Translations under genes and position numbers: made by a program
NCBI GenBank assembly: GCA_965226885.1
Contig: CBDDEL010000017.1
Location: 736,001-800,000, forward strand
DNA from: Opitutales bacterium
GTDB lineage: Bacteria > Verrucomicrobiota > Verrucomicrobiia > Opitutales > UBA2987
DNA: 64,000 nt
Direction: 5' to 3'
The notes under the pieces: generated by a model
Database searches by the model: none
What the model saw: the letters and a program-made list of their open reading frames with translations, nothing else
What the model was told of the DNA's origin: nothing
Shown here: positions 1-11,066 of the stretch, in pieces
How positions within the stretch are numbered: position 1 is the stretch's first letter
Layout of the letters: each line of letters begins with the position of its first letter

Positions 1-1221
1 TCCGGCTGCCGTAGAGTTTCCAGTCCAGCAGGTATCCTTCAACGCTTTCACCCAAAAACAGGGTGTTGCCAAACTCAACCTCTTGGCCCGCTTTGCCGCG
101 CACAATCACCTGCGCATCGGGTTCGTAAACACTCAAAACTTTCTCTGCGTTTTTCACCTGGCGGCCGCCAATGATTCGCTCGTGCGCTTGCTTGATGACC
201 ACCGGGATTAGCTCGCTCATGCGCTCCATCCGGGTAAGGATCTGTTGGACCTGTTTTTCGCTGTAATCGCTTTGCTCCCAGCAGGCTTGCAATAATTCCC
301 GGTGACTGCGGGCATGCTCCCCGATCCGTTTGAGCAGCTTTTTCATCTGCCTCAAGATACCCTTGCGTTGCCGCGCGCTGTCCTTTCGCCGCCGGCTGTG
401 GGTCATCTGTATGCACAGCCGATTCATCTGCCGAGCCAAGGGCTCCGGTTCGATCGGCATGCGATGGCGCAAACCGGCCTTCTCACGGATCAGCCGGATC
501 GCTTTGAGCAGCGTGCCCGCTACATCCTTGAGCAGCACCCAGTCCGTCGGCCAATGAATGTTGACCTCCAAACAGGTGCCGTCGATCAGGCAAATGGTGG
601 TGTCTATCGGCTTGTCCAATCCCACCACCTGCCGGGCCAGATCGGCATCGCCCACAACCTCAGTCAAGGTCCGGTGCAAGGCCCTCAACTGCTCTTCGCT
701 GAAAAACTTCGAGGCCCGTTCCAGGGTGCTCTTGGAGATGCCCCTTATGCCGTCGATATGGCGGACACGACAAAAGTCAGCCAACAGATCGCTGCTGCCC
801 AGAGCCCTCGACAAATGCCGAAACGAAATCCCACCGAGCAGATAACGCAGCGTTTCCATACGCAACGCCTTGAGGGCAAAATTAGCCCGCTTTTGCCGGG
901 CCTTTACACTCATTGGCTGGCCTCTTTCCAAGGCCAGATCAACGCCCTGCGATTCCACCTCCGAATCGATCAGCAGCCGGTCGATACGCTCGATGGTGGC
1001 GCGAAAGTTATCGTAATCGAGGCAACGGTCGACCACAGTTAAAGCTGGACGCAGGAGGCATTGGATGGCTATATTTTTCATAGAAAGGGCTATATTGATT
1101 TTCGCTAACGCAATTATAGAACCCTTTTTTAGCCGGATCGAGCAAAAAAATGCTCTTTCCGGCTATTTTTATAAACGTCATCCAGTTGACTACAAAATCT
1201 TTATATTTTTGGGACAGCCTC
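1..1221 (-). mobile_element. ISNCY (ISDol1-like) insertion sequence, copy 1, truncated by window start; transposase CDS <1..1081
   Basis: Near-identical to full copies at 19002, 22020, 32267 and 58429; ends in TIR ...TTTTGGGACAGCCTC at 1221. Confidence 0.9.
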
Positions 1222-1469
1222 TACTTGGGAACAATATCCGAATCTTTGCCGTTTCCACTTTCTGCAAACCCGGAACCAGTTTGCTCACCTGTATTTTTAT
1301 CGAAAGTGCCGGCGCTGGATTCACTGCTCTGCCAGTCGAAACGCAGACCGCCCACAAATATCACCTTGCCATCCATAAACGAGATATTGTCCTGTACGCC
1401 CCAGGCAAAAATGAACCCGATACTCTTAAAACTGCTACTCCCCGCCGCGAGGGGGATGATCAAGTTCAA
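1222..1469 (-). pseudogene. Short remnant resembling beta-barrel strands of a TonB-dependent receptor, cut by the IS
   Basis: Translation GVQDNISFMDGKVIFVGGLRFD...DIVPK resembles the TBDR 'QD....G.R.D' strands; the frame stops at the IS end. Confidence 0.45.
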
Positions 1470-1945
1470 TGATGCGGAGCCATCGGAGGATGGTCTTTAG
1501 CTTCGTCCTCCTTCGACTGGAATGGGTTTCCGGACTGCTGCCAGGCGATAAAGCCTCCATCCAGATGGTATAGCTGCTTAAATCCCAATTTTGTCATTAA
1601 GGTTTCAGCGCGGCGGCTGCGGCCTATGGGCAAACCTGCCGCGCAGTGCAGCAAATAGGATTTTCCTTTATCAAGCTGACTGATTTTTTCCTCGAAAGCA
1701 TCGTCAGCAATATTGATATTCACGGCGCCCTCTATGTGGCCGGTGGAATATTCCTGCGGCGTCCTCACATCCAAAACGATCACATCTTTTTCAGCCGATA
1801 ACAATTCCAGCGCTTGGGCGGCATCCAGACTCGAAGATTTGGTTTCTCTGGGGCCAGCATCAAGTTCAGCTGATTTTTCCGCCACAGCGAATGGACTCGA
1901 CCCGAACAATACAGTGATGATTATTAGTAGGTTTGTGAATTTCAT
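1466..1945 (-). CDS. Secreted rhodanese-like domain protein
   Basis: Signal peptide; motifs LDVRTPQEYSTGHIEGA, active-site HCAAG and LDGGFIAW. Confidence 0.85.
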   Translation of the reverse strand: MKFTNLLIIITVLFGSSPFAVAEKSAELDAGPRETKSSSLDAAQALELLSAEKDVIVLDVRTPQEYSTGHIEGAVNINIADDAFEEKISQLDKGKSYLLHCAAGLPIGRSRRAETLMTKLGFKQLYHLDGGFIAWQQSGNPFQSKEDEAKDHPPMAPHH

Positions 1946-2007
1946 TTTTCAATCTGCGGTGTCTGCATTATAATTATCTTACTTAAATCATTGGTTTGGG
2001 CACAGGT

Positions 2008-3300
2008 TCAAGACTTTCTCAAATTTTTTAGGGCATTGGAAAGCTTTTTCCGTGCTTTAGCAGCTTGCGGAATAGCTTTATTAGAGTCCAGAGGATTTTG
2101 TTCCTCCGGATCGGCGGTGAGGTCGTAAAAGCGGCTGTCGTTATATAGTTTCCAATTTTTGGAACGAATCCAGTAAGTCCCCTCATGTTCGGTATAAACC
2201 CACTCGCGCGGCGTATAGGCGCCACCGGTCATCAGCCCGGCAAAACTATGCCCATCGATCTTAAAATCCGGCCTCGAACGGTCCGCCAGTTCATTCAGTG
2301 TGGGCAGAATATCACTGAAATCAATAAGGTCTGAGGAAACGGAACCGGCTGGAATTTTACCCGGCCAGCGGGCAATGGTGGGAACCCGCGTTCCCCAGTC
2401 GGTGAAACTTTTTTTTCCGCCTGGAATTTTAACCCCATTCATAATTGAAAAATTAGACTCCTCGATTAATCGCCCGTTTTCATGGCGGATGAAGGTTGTG
2501 TCCGCGGTGCCGTTGTCGCTGGTGAAAAGGATAACGGTTTCATTCTTCAAACCGAGATGATCGACCGCATCCACGACTTTGCCCACGAGGCGGTCCGTCT
2601 GTTCCATCATCTCGCCGAAATTATCATAACGCCCCTTGGGTCCGTAGGGCGGAAACGGCAGGAAGTCGTCCGAGACGTCATGGCACAAAGCCATCGAGTG
2701 ATAGGCAAAAAACGGACCGTAACGGTCTTTGACATCCTCTCTGAGACGCCCGTTTTGCCAGATGCGGGGTTGATGGTAGCGGGGGCCTTCATGCCAGCCA
2801 AAGAGGCAGTATTCGTCGAAACCCAAACGATGCGGATGATCCGGTTCATCCTTCAAAAGTGCGATCTGCCATTTGCCCGCGATGGCGGTGGCGTAACCCG
2901 CCTTTTTCAACTCGTGGGCAATAGTCTGCATTTCCGCGCGGGCCGGAAAGGTCCCCCAATCGGGGTTGCCCAGCCGAAAAGGGTATTGCCCGGTCATAAG
3001 GCAAATGCGCGTTGGATGGCACACGGGCGCCGAATAAACGTGCTCGAAACGCATGCCCGCCGCCGCCAGTTGGTCGATACGGGGAGTTTTGTAGGATTCG
3101 CCTCCATAGCAGCCGATCGCCTCCCTCCCGACATCATCGAGCATGATCAAAAGGATATTGGGCCTCTCCGTCCCTTCACCCCAACCCTCCGCGGCCCGCA
3201 AAGTTCCGGCCAAAGGAAGCGCCAAACCGGCCTTACCCATAGTCCTCAAAAAATCCCGCCTGCTCTTGTTTTTATTATTATTAATATTTTTTGAATTCAT
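2008..3300 (-). CDS. Tat-exported arylsulfatase-family sulfatase, probably with an internal in-frame deletion
   Basis: Start re-called at MNSKN (3300). Twin-arginine SRRDFL, RPNILLIMLDD, FGly motif CHPTR, FTSDNG. The helix normally lying between YGP and PFFAY is absent. Confidence 0.85.
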   Translation of the reverse strand: MNSKNINNNKNKSRRDFLRTMGKAGLALPLAGTLRAAEGWGEGTERPNILLIMLDDVGREAIGCYGGESYKTPRIDQLAAAGMRFEHVYSAPVCHPTRICLMTGQYPFRLGNPDWGTFPARAEMQTIAHELKKAGYATAIAGKWQIALLKDEPDHPHRLGFDEYCLFGWHEGPRYHQPRIWQNGRLREDVKDRYGPFFAYHSMALCHDVSDDFLPFPPYGPKGRYDNFGEMMEQTDRLVGKVVDAVDHLGLKNETVILFTSDNGTADTTFIRHENGRLIEESNFSIMNGVKIPGGKKSFTDWGTRVPTIARWPGKIPAGSVSSDLIDFSDILPTLNELADRSRPDFKIDGHSFAGLMTGGAYTPREWVYTEHEGTYWIRSKNWKLYNDSRFYDLTADPEEQNPLDSNKAIPQAAKARKKLSNALKNLRKS

Positions 3301-3305
3301 TTCAA

Positions 3306-4280
3306 TTACTCCCATAAATCTGTGCTTAAATACTTGAGACCAGAATCGTTGATGAGGGTGGCGACGGTTTTTCCTATTAGCGGTCCATCGAGTAATTGTA
3401 GGGCCGCCGCGATGTTGGCCCCGGACGAAAATCCGGCGAATATCCCTTCTTTTTTGGCCAATTGGCGGGCCCACTGGATGGCTTCTTCATCCGAAACCGT
3501 TAAAAATCCGTCAATATGTTTACGGTTCAGGTATTGCAGGTCGGTCAGGGAATAACCCCCGCCCTGTATCCGGTGGCGGCCGGATCCGACGAGTGGTTTT
3601 CCGGCCAGAACGGCGGCCTTTTCGGGCTCCACCACGAAACACTGGATGGCCGGATCGTGCTCCTTCAAAGCGGCTGCGCAACCGGCAAAAGAGCCTCCCG
3701 ACCCCACAAAATCGCAAAACCCGTCAATAGCTCCCCCCGACTGGCGGATAAACTCCGGGCCGGTGTAGAGGTAATGGGCGTTGAAATTGCCTTCGAGCAC
3801 AAATTGATCGGCCCGAAAGGCGTTTCTCTCTTTGGTTAATTCGACCGCTTTATTTTCGACCAGTTCCAGATCGCCGCCGGACACTTTGCCCGCAATCGAT
3901 CCCGGCAACTGGTCCACCAGGACAACCTCCGCTCCCAAGGCCGCCATCATGCGGGCCCTTTCCCTAGAATTACCCTTGGACATAACAGCGACAAAAGGAT
4001 AGCCTTTGACCCCGCAAATAATGGCCAGACCGGTCCCCGTATTGCCGCTGGTCAGCTCGACAACGGTTTGTCCCGGCCGCAGGGCGCCGCTTTTTTCCGC
4101 ATCCTCAATGATCTGCCGGGCAATCCTGTCCTTTTTGGAAAAACCCGGATTCAAATAATCGAGTTTGGCCAAAATCCGTCCCTCCAGCCCCAACCCGCCG
4201 GTCAACCGGCTCAACTCGACCAAAGGCGTGCAACCGATGGCCTCGATGGCTGATTTTACCAAAAAATCTTCCCGGTTCAT
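3306..4280 (-). CDS. PLP-dependent cysteine synthase family protein
   Basis: IGCTPLVEL, NPGFSKKDR (PLP Lys), TSGNTG, HRIQGGG, EGIFAGFSSGAN. Start re-called at MNRED because the longer ORF overlaps the tRNA. Confidence 0.9.
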   Translation of the reverse strand: MNREDFLVKSAIEAIGCTPLVELSRLTGGLGLEGRILAKLDYLNPGFSKKDRIARQIIEDAEKSGALRPGQTVVELTSGNTGTGLAIICGVKGYPFVAVMSKGNSRERARMMAALGAEVVLVDQLPGSIAGKVSGGDLELVENKAVELTKERNAFRADQFVLEGNFNAHYLYTGPEFIRQSGGAIDGFCDFVGSGGSFAGCAAALKEHDPAIQCFVVEPEKAAVLAGKPLVGSGRHRIQGGGYSLTDLQYLNRKHIDGFLTVSDEEAIQWARQLAKKEGIFAGFSSGANIAAALQLLDGPLIGKTVATLINDSGLKYLSTDLWE

Positions 4281-4343
4281 GGATGAAACTCTTTTATCAG
4301 ACCCTTCAAAGGCGCTGCAAATACCATTGCGTATAAAATAAAT

Positions 4344-4419
4344 TGGTGGAGCCGATCGGGATCGAACCGACGACCTCGTCATTGCGAACGACGCGCTCTT
4401 CCGACTGAGCTACGGCCCC
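4344..4419 (-). tRNA. tRNA-Ala(CGC)
   Basis: Reverse complement GGGGCCGTAGCTCAG...CGTCG-TTCGCAA-TGACG...GGTTCGATCC...CTCCACCA; cloverleaf with encoded CCA. Confidence 0.95.
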
Positions 4420-4659
4420 ATGTCATGGGTGTTATTGGATCGTTATATCCAGTAGAGGACCGCCTCTCCCGAGTCAATCCGATGTTTGGGCAAGCAACGG
4501 CAAATAAAAATTTATTTTTCATAAATTTTGTTTTTAAAGCTTGATTCGATGGCAAAAACCGCTACTCACGCTGGCTTTGTTTGAAGAAAACAAGAATTAC
4601 ATTAATCGACAATTAATTGCAGAACGGAGAAATGATTTTCGAATAGAATACATAACATC

Positions 4660-5069
4660 ATGAGCAACAAATCTTTAAAGAATAAATTAACCACCGCACC
4701 GAAAAAAGCGTTGAAGAAAACCGCGACCGTAAAAAAGACGGTTGCCAGGAAACCGGCCCCCCGCAAACCCCGCGCATCAACCGGAAAACGGCTCCGAAAA
4801 AGGCCCAAGCGCCCATCACCACCGTCATCGCGAAAATCGATGTCGGTTTCGGCAATCAGCTTTTCATCCGGGGCAATGGGGCCCATCTGACTTGGGACCG
4901 CGGCATTGCCATGGACAATATCACCAACGATGAGTGGAAGCTTAGCTCAAGCGAAATCCGGGATGACTTCGAGTGCAAGTTTCTCATCAACGACCGCATT
5001 TGGTCGGCCGGGGAGAACCTTACCCTCAAGGCCGGAAAGCAATTGGTGGTCGAGCCGAAATTTTCCTGA
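4660..5069 (+). pseudogene. Lys/Ala-rich (histone H1-like) N-terminus plus CBM20-like beta-sandwich domain; frameshifted
   Basis: MSNKSLKNK...KKTATVKK continues after a 1-nt shift near 4780 as RKTAPKK...IDVGFGNQLFIRG...LTWDRG...FECKFLINDRIWSAGEN...PKFS* (TGA 5067-5069). Confidence 0.7.
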
Positions 5070-5099
5070 ACGCGTTTCATCTCTGGCTCAATGGTTCTG

Positions 5100-5762
5100 T
5101 CATTCGTCCGGATCGGGGGAAATTTTCATCATCTCCTTTTTTAAAAAGGCCGCCCCTTCCTCCACGGATTCCACGCCGAGGGATTCGTAATGGGGAAAGT
5201 AGCGCACCTTCATCTCGACCCTGGAGAAGGGAACGGGCAAGTAGAAGCGATCCCAGCTACGCAATCGCCAAGCTCGCTCCAACCGGCCGGAAATGAGCAT
5301 GATGGGGGCGCCCGCTTGCTTGGCCACACGCACTGCGCCTTTTTTAAAATCGTAACGGGGCCCCCTCGGTCCATCAGGGGTCAAGCCGATGTCTTTGCCC
5401 GATTGGAGTGTTTTTATCAACTCACGAGAAGATTCCAAGGTGCGCTGGCTACTCGATCCACGGACCGAGCCTAGACCCATCAATGAAAAAAAAGCGGCTA
5501 GCCAGGCCCCGTCCCGGCTGGCGCTGACCAATCCGCAGACCCCCCGGTGCTTGCGAAAGCGGCGGAAAACACTGGCCGCCAGAAAAAGCCGGTTATGCCA
5601 TAGAATAATGACCGTTGGGGAATCCTCGCGCGTTAATATTTCCAGCTCGGGAGGGCTGATGCGAAGCCGGATGGTGGCGCCCCAGAGACGCGCCAGGATG
5701 CTCAAAGGCCATAATGCCAGCTTGCGCCAACCGGAAATTTGATGTACTGGCTCAGGCTCCAT
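5100..5762 (-). CDS. Lysophospholipid acyltransferase-family (DUF374) protein
   Basis: Motifs ILWHNR, SASRDG, VRGSSS, LTPDGPRGP, SWDRFYLPVPFSR. Confidence 0.85.
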   Translation of the reverse strand: MEPEPVHQISGWRKLALWPLSILARLWGATIRLRISPPELEILTREDSPTVIILWHNRLFLAASVFRRFRKHRGVCGLVSASRDGAWLAAFFSLMGLGSVRGSSSQRTLESSRELIKTLQSGKDIGLTPDGPRGPRYDFKKGAVRVAKQAGAPIMLISGRLERAWRLRSWDRFYLPVPFSRVEMKVRYFPHYESLGVESVEEGAAFLKKEMMKISPDPDE

Positions 5763-5860
5763 TCAAAAAATCTACATTTCAATTTACATTAACCATTACA
5801 GGATTTAGCCGCCTTTTGGTCAAAAGCAAACCCTTAGGTATCGAAGGCGGCGCGCCCATC

Positions 5861-6409
5861 ATGCCCGAATCGCCACAACCATGTCCCCACCTTCCGCCGG
5901 CCTTGCCCGATATGGATTGGAGGCGCCTGCACGCTTTCGGCAAAGTCCGCGATATTGAATTTTACCTGATGGCCTTGCGTTACGCGCAATATCTTTGGCT
6001 CGATGGCCTTGCGGGCCGGGCGATCCTGGCCTTGACCCGTGGACTCTATGCGGATCTCAATGGATGCGAGGGGACATTGGCCCGATGGCCGCTGCCCTAC
6101 CGCGCCTTGCAGTGGTTTCTTCTAAACCACCGGGAGGATTACGGATTTTTGGGCAATCCGCGAATCAGTTACCAGCACCAGGCGGGCCGCATTCGGGGCC
6201 GGAGGCAGCAACGACTATCCTGGCGGGCGTGGGCCTGCTGGCATATTGTCAGGCAATCCAGGCCGGACTTCGAAGCGGACCGCGGGCACCTCATCGAAGA
6301 ACCGGAAAAAAGCGGCATCATAACGGGCCTGAAAACCCACGGCATCGCTGGTGAACTGGAAATTTGGCAGGCGGTCGTGGGTAGTCAATTGACCGTCAAC
6401 GCAAAATAG
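5861..6409 (+). CDS. Hypothetical protein
   Basis: Long ORF with plausible composition; start re-called at MPESP to avoid overlap with the neighbouring gene. Confidence 0.6.
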   Translation: MPESPQPCPHLPPALPDMDWRRLHAFGKVRDIEFYLMALRYAQYLWLDGLAGRAILALTRGLYADLNGCEGTLARWPLPYRALQWFLLNHREDYGFLGNPRISYQHQAGRIRGRRQQRLSWRAWACWHIVRQSRPDFEADRGHLIEEPEKSGIITGLKTHGIAGELEIWQAVVGSQLTVNAK

Positions 6410-6451
6410 CTGAACAAGCCGGGGCCGCGCGCTGGCATAGTTTGTTTCATT

Positions 6452-7468
6452 TCAGAAGCTTTTGAATCTGCCCTTGTAGCGTTGAACCAGTTCCCGCATT
6501 TCCCCGGCATTATTTTCTTTCATCCCAAAACCGATAAAATGAATGCGCGCCTTCTTCTCCAAGGTTCGTTGTAGATTTTCCAAATCCTGGGTAAGTTCGC
6601 TCCAAGGCACATTCTGATAGCGTTTTCCTGGATTGTCGCGCTGAAAAGAACCATCCGAAATAATGAGGATGACATCGGGATTGAACTAAAAAGCCGCCGC
6701 CAAAACCGATTGAATCCCGTTCGGGTCCTTCAAAGTCCAGTTACGCCCGCTGCTGCCGGTGGTTTTGAACTCGGTGCGGAGCCATTCGCGGGCCGCCATT
6801 TTGTTGCTTTTGGTGGCCGCAACCAGGTATTCGGCAAAAAGATCGTAGCGGCGGCTGAATTGGATAAGAGCAAAGAGACTATTGGCATTGAGGCTGTCCA
6901 CGGCCCTGCCCGTTTCATCGCGAACCCGCTGGATATCCATATCGCTCCTGGCCATGTTATCGACCACGGAACTAGAAATATCAAAAGTAATCACGAGGCG
7001 TTTGGCTTCATCCGAAATGCCCAGTATGGAAAATTGGGAAACCTCCATGTTGAAACCCTCCAACCCGCTCAGCAACCCGCTCCGGCCCAATAAAGATTCC
7101 CCTAATTGCGGGCTTAAATCGCTCCTCAAGGCGTTGGTTTCCATATATGGCAATTGCGGCAGGGAGGGCAAGGAATCGGGCAGCAGCTTATCCGCAGTCA
7201 GCCTGCTCAACAAAGCTGGCGGGGTCGAAAGCTTCCGCAATTCAGCCAAAGTGGCGCGATGCTCCAGCTCCCGCTGAGGAAGGTAAATGGTCTTTTTGGC
7301 CACAAATTCAGGTTCAGGACTAAGCCGCGGAACGAGGACCACCACAAACCCCGTGCCGGCCAAAAGCAATGCCTGCAAAATCAGGGCCAGGAACAAAGGG
7401 CCCGATTTAAACCTCCAGGAATCAAAAACCCTGTCCCTTATTTTTTCACCAAAAATTGAAGCGCGCAT
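6452..7468 (-). pseudogene. Membrane-anchored vWA-like domain protein with an in-frame amber stop
   Basis: TM segment and FDISSSV (MIDAS-like). The frame continues past TAG at 6686-6688 as FNPDVILIISDGSF...IHFIGF...GRFKSF* to 6452. Confidence 0.75.
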
Positions 7469-7597
7469 AGTCCGGCCTAAAACGACCTGCAATCTTGCTC
7501 CAGACAACTGCCAAGACAAGATTAAAGGCCGATTCCCCCCCGGCGGCCCGATTTAATATATTTCGGCAGTTTTCCAAAATATATTCAGAAACGCCAC

Positions 7598-7625
7598 TTG
7601 ACAGGGCACAGTGAACTCATAGGTT
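7598..7625 (+). promoter_or_regulatory. sigma70-type promoter for tRNA-Asp
   Basis: TTGACA (7598-7603), 16-nt spacer, TAGGTT (7620-7625), 25 nt before the tRNA. Confidence 0.55.
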
Positions 7626-7650
7626 TTAATCCTTCCACACCGAACCGAAA

Positions 7651-7728
<78 letters not shown>

Positions 7729-7797
7729 ATTTTTCTGTTGACTATCAACGATTTAGGCAATTTGCCTTGACCGTGTTGCCAAAATAATTTTATAGAA

Positions 7798-9027
7798 TTG
7801 GCAACCGTGCCTTCCAGGAAGATCAAAATAGCTAAGTTTCGTAACCGTAATGGGGCCATTTCCTGGCGGGTATCCGGGACGGTCAACGGAGTGCGTATCC
7901 GCAAGAATTTCCAGAGCCGGGCGGATGCCCTTGCCGTGCGGGAACTCTATGAGATAGAGCGTCTTAACGTCGATGCCAACTCCCGGCATGTGCGGACTAC
8001 CTTGACGCCTGGCCAGTTGCGCGAGGCCGAGAAGGTGTTTCACGGAAAGCTCAAGGACCTGGCCCAAGACAAATCGCTGTCCTTTGTCGTTGATTACTTT
8101 CTGGACACATACAAAGACCCAGAGACAGAGAAAAAGCTCTCTGAGGCCATTGGCAACTATCTGGCAACCAAAGAGGCCCATGTGCCTAAGATCATATCGA
8201 GAAGGCAGTATAATGGTATCAGGGGAGAGCTTCTCAGGATCGAGGCCGCCTTTCCGGGCAGTCTATTGGTGGATATTACAACAGACGCTCTCACAGCCTA
8301 CCTTGAGAAGGGCAATTTCACGTTGAAAACTTGGAATAATAAAAGAGGATATTTAAGCACCTTTTTTAAGCATGGTCTAATAAAGGGCTGGATCGCCTCA
8401 AATCCTGTTGAGCGAATCCTCCACCACAGGATCAAGCATCGGCGCGGGACGGCGGAAACCTTGACGGCCGAGGATTGCGAGCGATTGATGGCGTTCCTTG
8501 AAACCTATTCGGGGTGTGAAGTGACCAAAAACCGGTATCCTGGGATAATGGTCAATTTCTTTGCCCTGGTTTTACTTGCAGGGATTCGGCCTGACTGGAC
8601 CGATGGCGAGATAAAGAGATTGAAACCGGAGCACATTAACGCGGCGACCGGAGTAATTCATATCGAGCCGGAGGTATCCAAAATCAATGAAAAGCGCAAT
8701 ATTCAGATACAGCCCAACTTGGCGGCTTGGCTGACCCGGTATCCTTTAGAGAGGTATCCGATCATACCGCCGGGATGCAGTAAGATGCGCTTGGAAATCC
8801 GAAAAAGATTCAACCTGGGCCATGATGTTGCTCGCCATACCTATGTTAGTATGCTGGTCGGCAGGGATCGCTCTGTGTCAGAGGCTGCTTTGCAGGCCGG
8901 AAATTCTGAATCTGTGATCCGTAAGCACTACCTGGACCTGAAATCGAAAGCCGAGGCCGGGCGGTTTTGGGCCATCCGCCCTGCCAAGGAAGCTGGCAAA
9001 GTGGTTGAATTTGAGGCTAGGCGGTAG
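7798..9027 (+). CDS. Tyrosine recombinase (phage/island integrase)
   Basis: Catalytic R (AGIRP), K (VSKINE), HxxR (HDVARH) and Y (RKHY); located immediately downstream of tRNA-Asp. Confidence 0.9.
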   Translation: MATVPSRKIKIAKFRNRNGAISWRVSGTVNGVRIRKNFQSRADALAVRELYEIERLNVDANSRHVRTTLTPGQLREAEKVFHGKLKDLAQDKSLSFVVDYFLDTYKDPETEKKLSEAIGNYLATKEAHVPKIISRRQYNGIRGELLRIEAAFPGSLLVDITTDALTAYLEKGNFTLKTWNNKRGYLSTFFKHGLIKGWIASNPVERILHHRIKHRRGTAETLTAEDCERLMAFLETYSGCEVTKNRYPGIMVNFFALVLLAGIRPDWTDGEIKRLKPEHINAATGVIHIEPEVSKINEKRNIQIQPNLAAWLTRYPLERYPIIPPGCSKMRLEIRKRFNLGHDVARHTYVSMLVGRDRSVSEAALQAGNSESVIRKHYLDLKSKAEAGRFWAIRPAKEAGKVVEFEARR

Positions 9028-9087
9028 CTAAAAGAGAGGAACTTTACACACTTTTCCTTTTCGGTTTACCACAGTCGCGCCCCCTAA

Positions 9088-11066
9088 CCCATCTTCGACA
9101 GTTCAAAAAGTTAAAGGGCTTATCTATGCGGATTCGGGATTAATTTTTGCCGTTAGTCTGCACTACATTTTGGATGATTTTGGGGCGGGTGGGCAGTTTT
9201 AGGCCCATTTTCTTGAGGAGGTCGGTACAGAGTTTTTCCGGTTTGCCTACCAGCCGTAAACGCGCTTCGCGTCCCCCTCGCAGCGGTGCCACCACGTCCA
9301 TTGAGCGTAGATTTTCCAGTTCGTGCAACACTTGCCGCGCACAGGTGCCGAGGCCTTTGGCCTGCAGCCAGCTTTTCAGGGCGCGCCACATCGCCAGAGC
9401 CAGAAAACAGATCAGAATGTGCGCTTGCACACGCTTTTCTTTGTGGTGATAGACCGGCCGCAGCCCCAAGTCGCTTTTGGCGCAACGAAAGGCTGCCTCG
9501 GCCTGTGTCAGTTGTATATACCACCGCCACAGCTTTTGTGGGTCTTCCTCCTGGCAGTTGGTTCGCAGCAGATAGGTCCCGTGGGCCAGTTGGGACCAAT
9601 CGGCTTTGCTCTCGTCTTCGGTGATTTGCAATGCGCAGGCCCGTCCGGCGGCGTCGATTTGCACTTCTACGGTGAATATTTTTTCGGCCAGGGTGTGGCG
9701 GCCCAGCCAGCGGCCGATACGGCGTTCAACCGGATCGAGTTTCTGCCCTCGCCGACGCAAACTCAGGTCGATCTGGTCGAGCTTTTTGCGCAAACGCTCT
9801 TTTTGCTTGCTCAGCATGGCGGCTTCTTTTTGACCCCGCCCCTGGCTGCGGCAAAGCACATATTGCTCGATCTGGGGGCAGTCGGGATGTTTCACCAGTT
9901 TGACCTCCACCCCCGCCCGCACCTCGCAAAAATCGCCTTGCTCGAGCAGATCGAGGGCAAAGTTTTTAAGATGGCTCTTGGGCGTGCCCACGATGTAACG
10001 GGCCCCTTTGCCGCGCAGGTATTCGAGGTTGGCCTCGCTCACCATGCCGCGGTCCAGCACCCAGATGCGATCGGCCACCCCGTAATGCGATTCCATCAAC
10101 TCGACCCTCTCCTGCACCGTGGTCACATCGGCGCGGTTGCCGTCGAAAACCTCATAGGCCAGGGGCAGCCCTTCGGGTGTCACCACCAGTCCAAGACATA
10201 CCTGCTTGCAATCCGGCCGCTGGGCCTGGGCATTGCCCTCGCACCGGCCCTCAAAATAGGTGCTCGTTATGTCGTATAAAAGAAACTCGAAACGCGTCCC
10301 AAACCAGCTTTCATAGCGTCCTTTAAGATGACTGAACAGTTCCCGGCGCAAGGGCAAGACACGATCCAGTCCGCGATACAAACGGTTGTCATAGACCTCA
10401 TCCACATCCACCGCCATCAAATCCTCCAGCGCCGTCGAGCCATACCAGCGCTCGGCCAGAGCCAGCTCCGAGGCCTGTTCGCAAAAACGCCCCAGCGCCA
10501 GAATCGAGGCCACCTGGGCCCAGCCCACCGACTCCCGGCCCGGCGGCAAATGCTCCTCGAAGAAACGATGCAGCCCCAGCCGCCGCCACAGCGCCAGAGC
10601 CACATACACTTTGCCAAATTGACGCACCCGCTCCACCCGTATCCGACCCAGATTCACCTGCGCCCACAACAGAGCCTCCGGTTTATCCTCGGCAAATAAA
10701 TCCAACTGCTCGGCCCCCGCAGCCTCATCATCGCCATCGAGGAGCCGACCGATCTGCTCCCAACCCAACCGCTCATCCTCATCGAGCCCCGGCTCCTTGC
10801 CAATGTGGGCCACGATGCGCTGGCGCGGCCCCTTGGCTGTGCGCACCGACTCCACCAGCGTCCAGTAATCATAATCCTGGCCCTTCTTACGACGACGATG
10901 GCGACGCAAATACATCAACACCGACCCTGCACTACTTCTCCGAAAAGGCAATAGAGTGGTCTGCACTACACGGCATTTTCACACCCCAACCCTGACAACC
11001 ATACGCCCTACAGCACGAAAAACCCTAAAAATAATCGATTTACCCCCCCCAACTGTCGAACTCAGA
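9088..11066 (-). mobile_element. IS1634-family insertion sequence; transposase CDS 9140..10915
   Basis: MYLRRHRRRK...WTLVESVRT, LYDITSTYFEG, VLDRGM, EAAFR...LRPVYH...VQAHILICFLA. Imperfect TIRs with a shared TTCGACAGTT core; CTAA on both flanks (possible TSD). Confidence 0.85.

Noticed and set aside
75..1042. 246-, 113-, 95- and 75-aa ORFs recurring five times in the ORF track
   Set aside because: They are antisense or alternate-frame shadows of the repeated transposase and recur only because the IS recurs.
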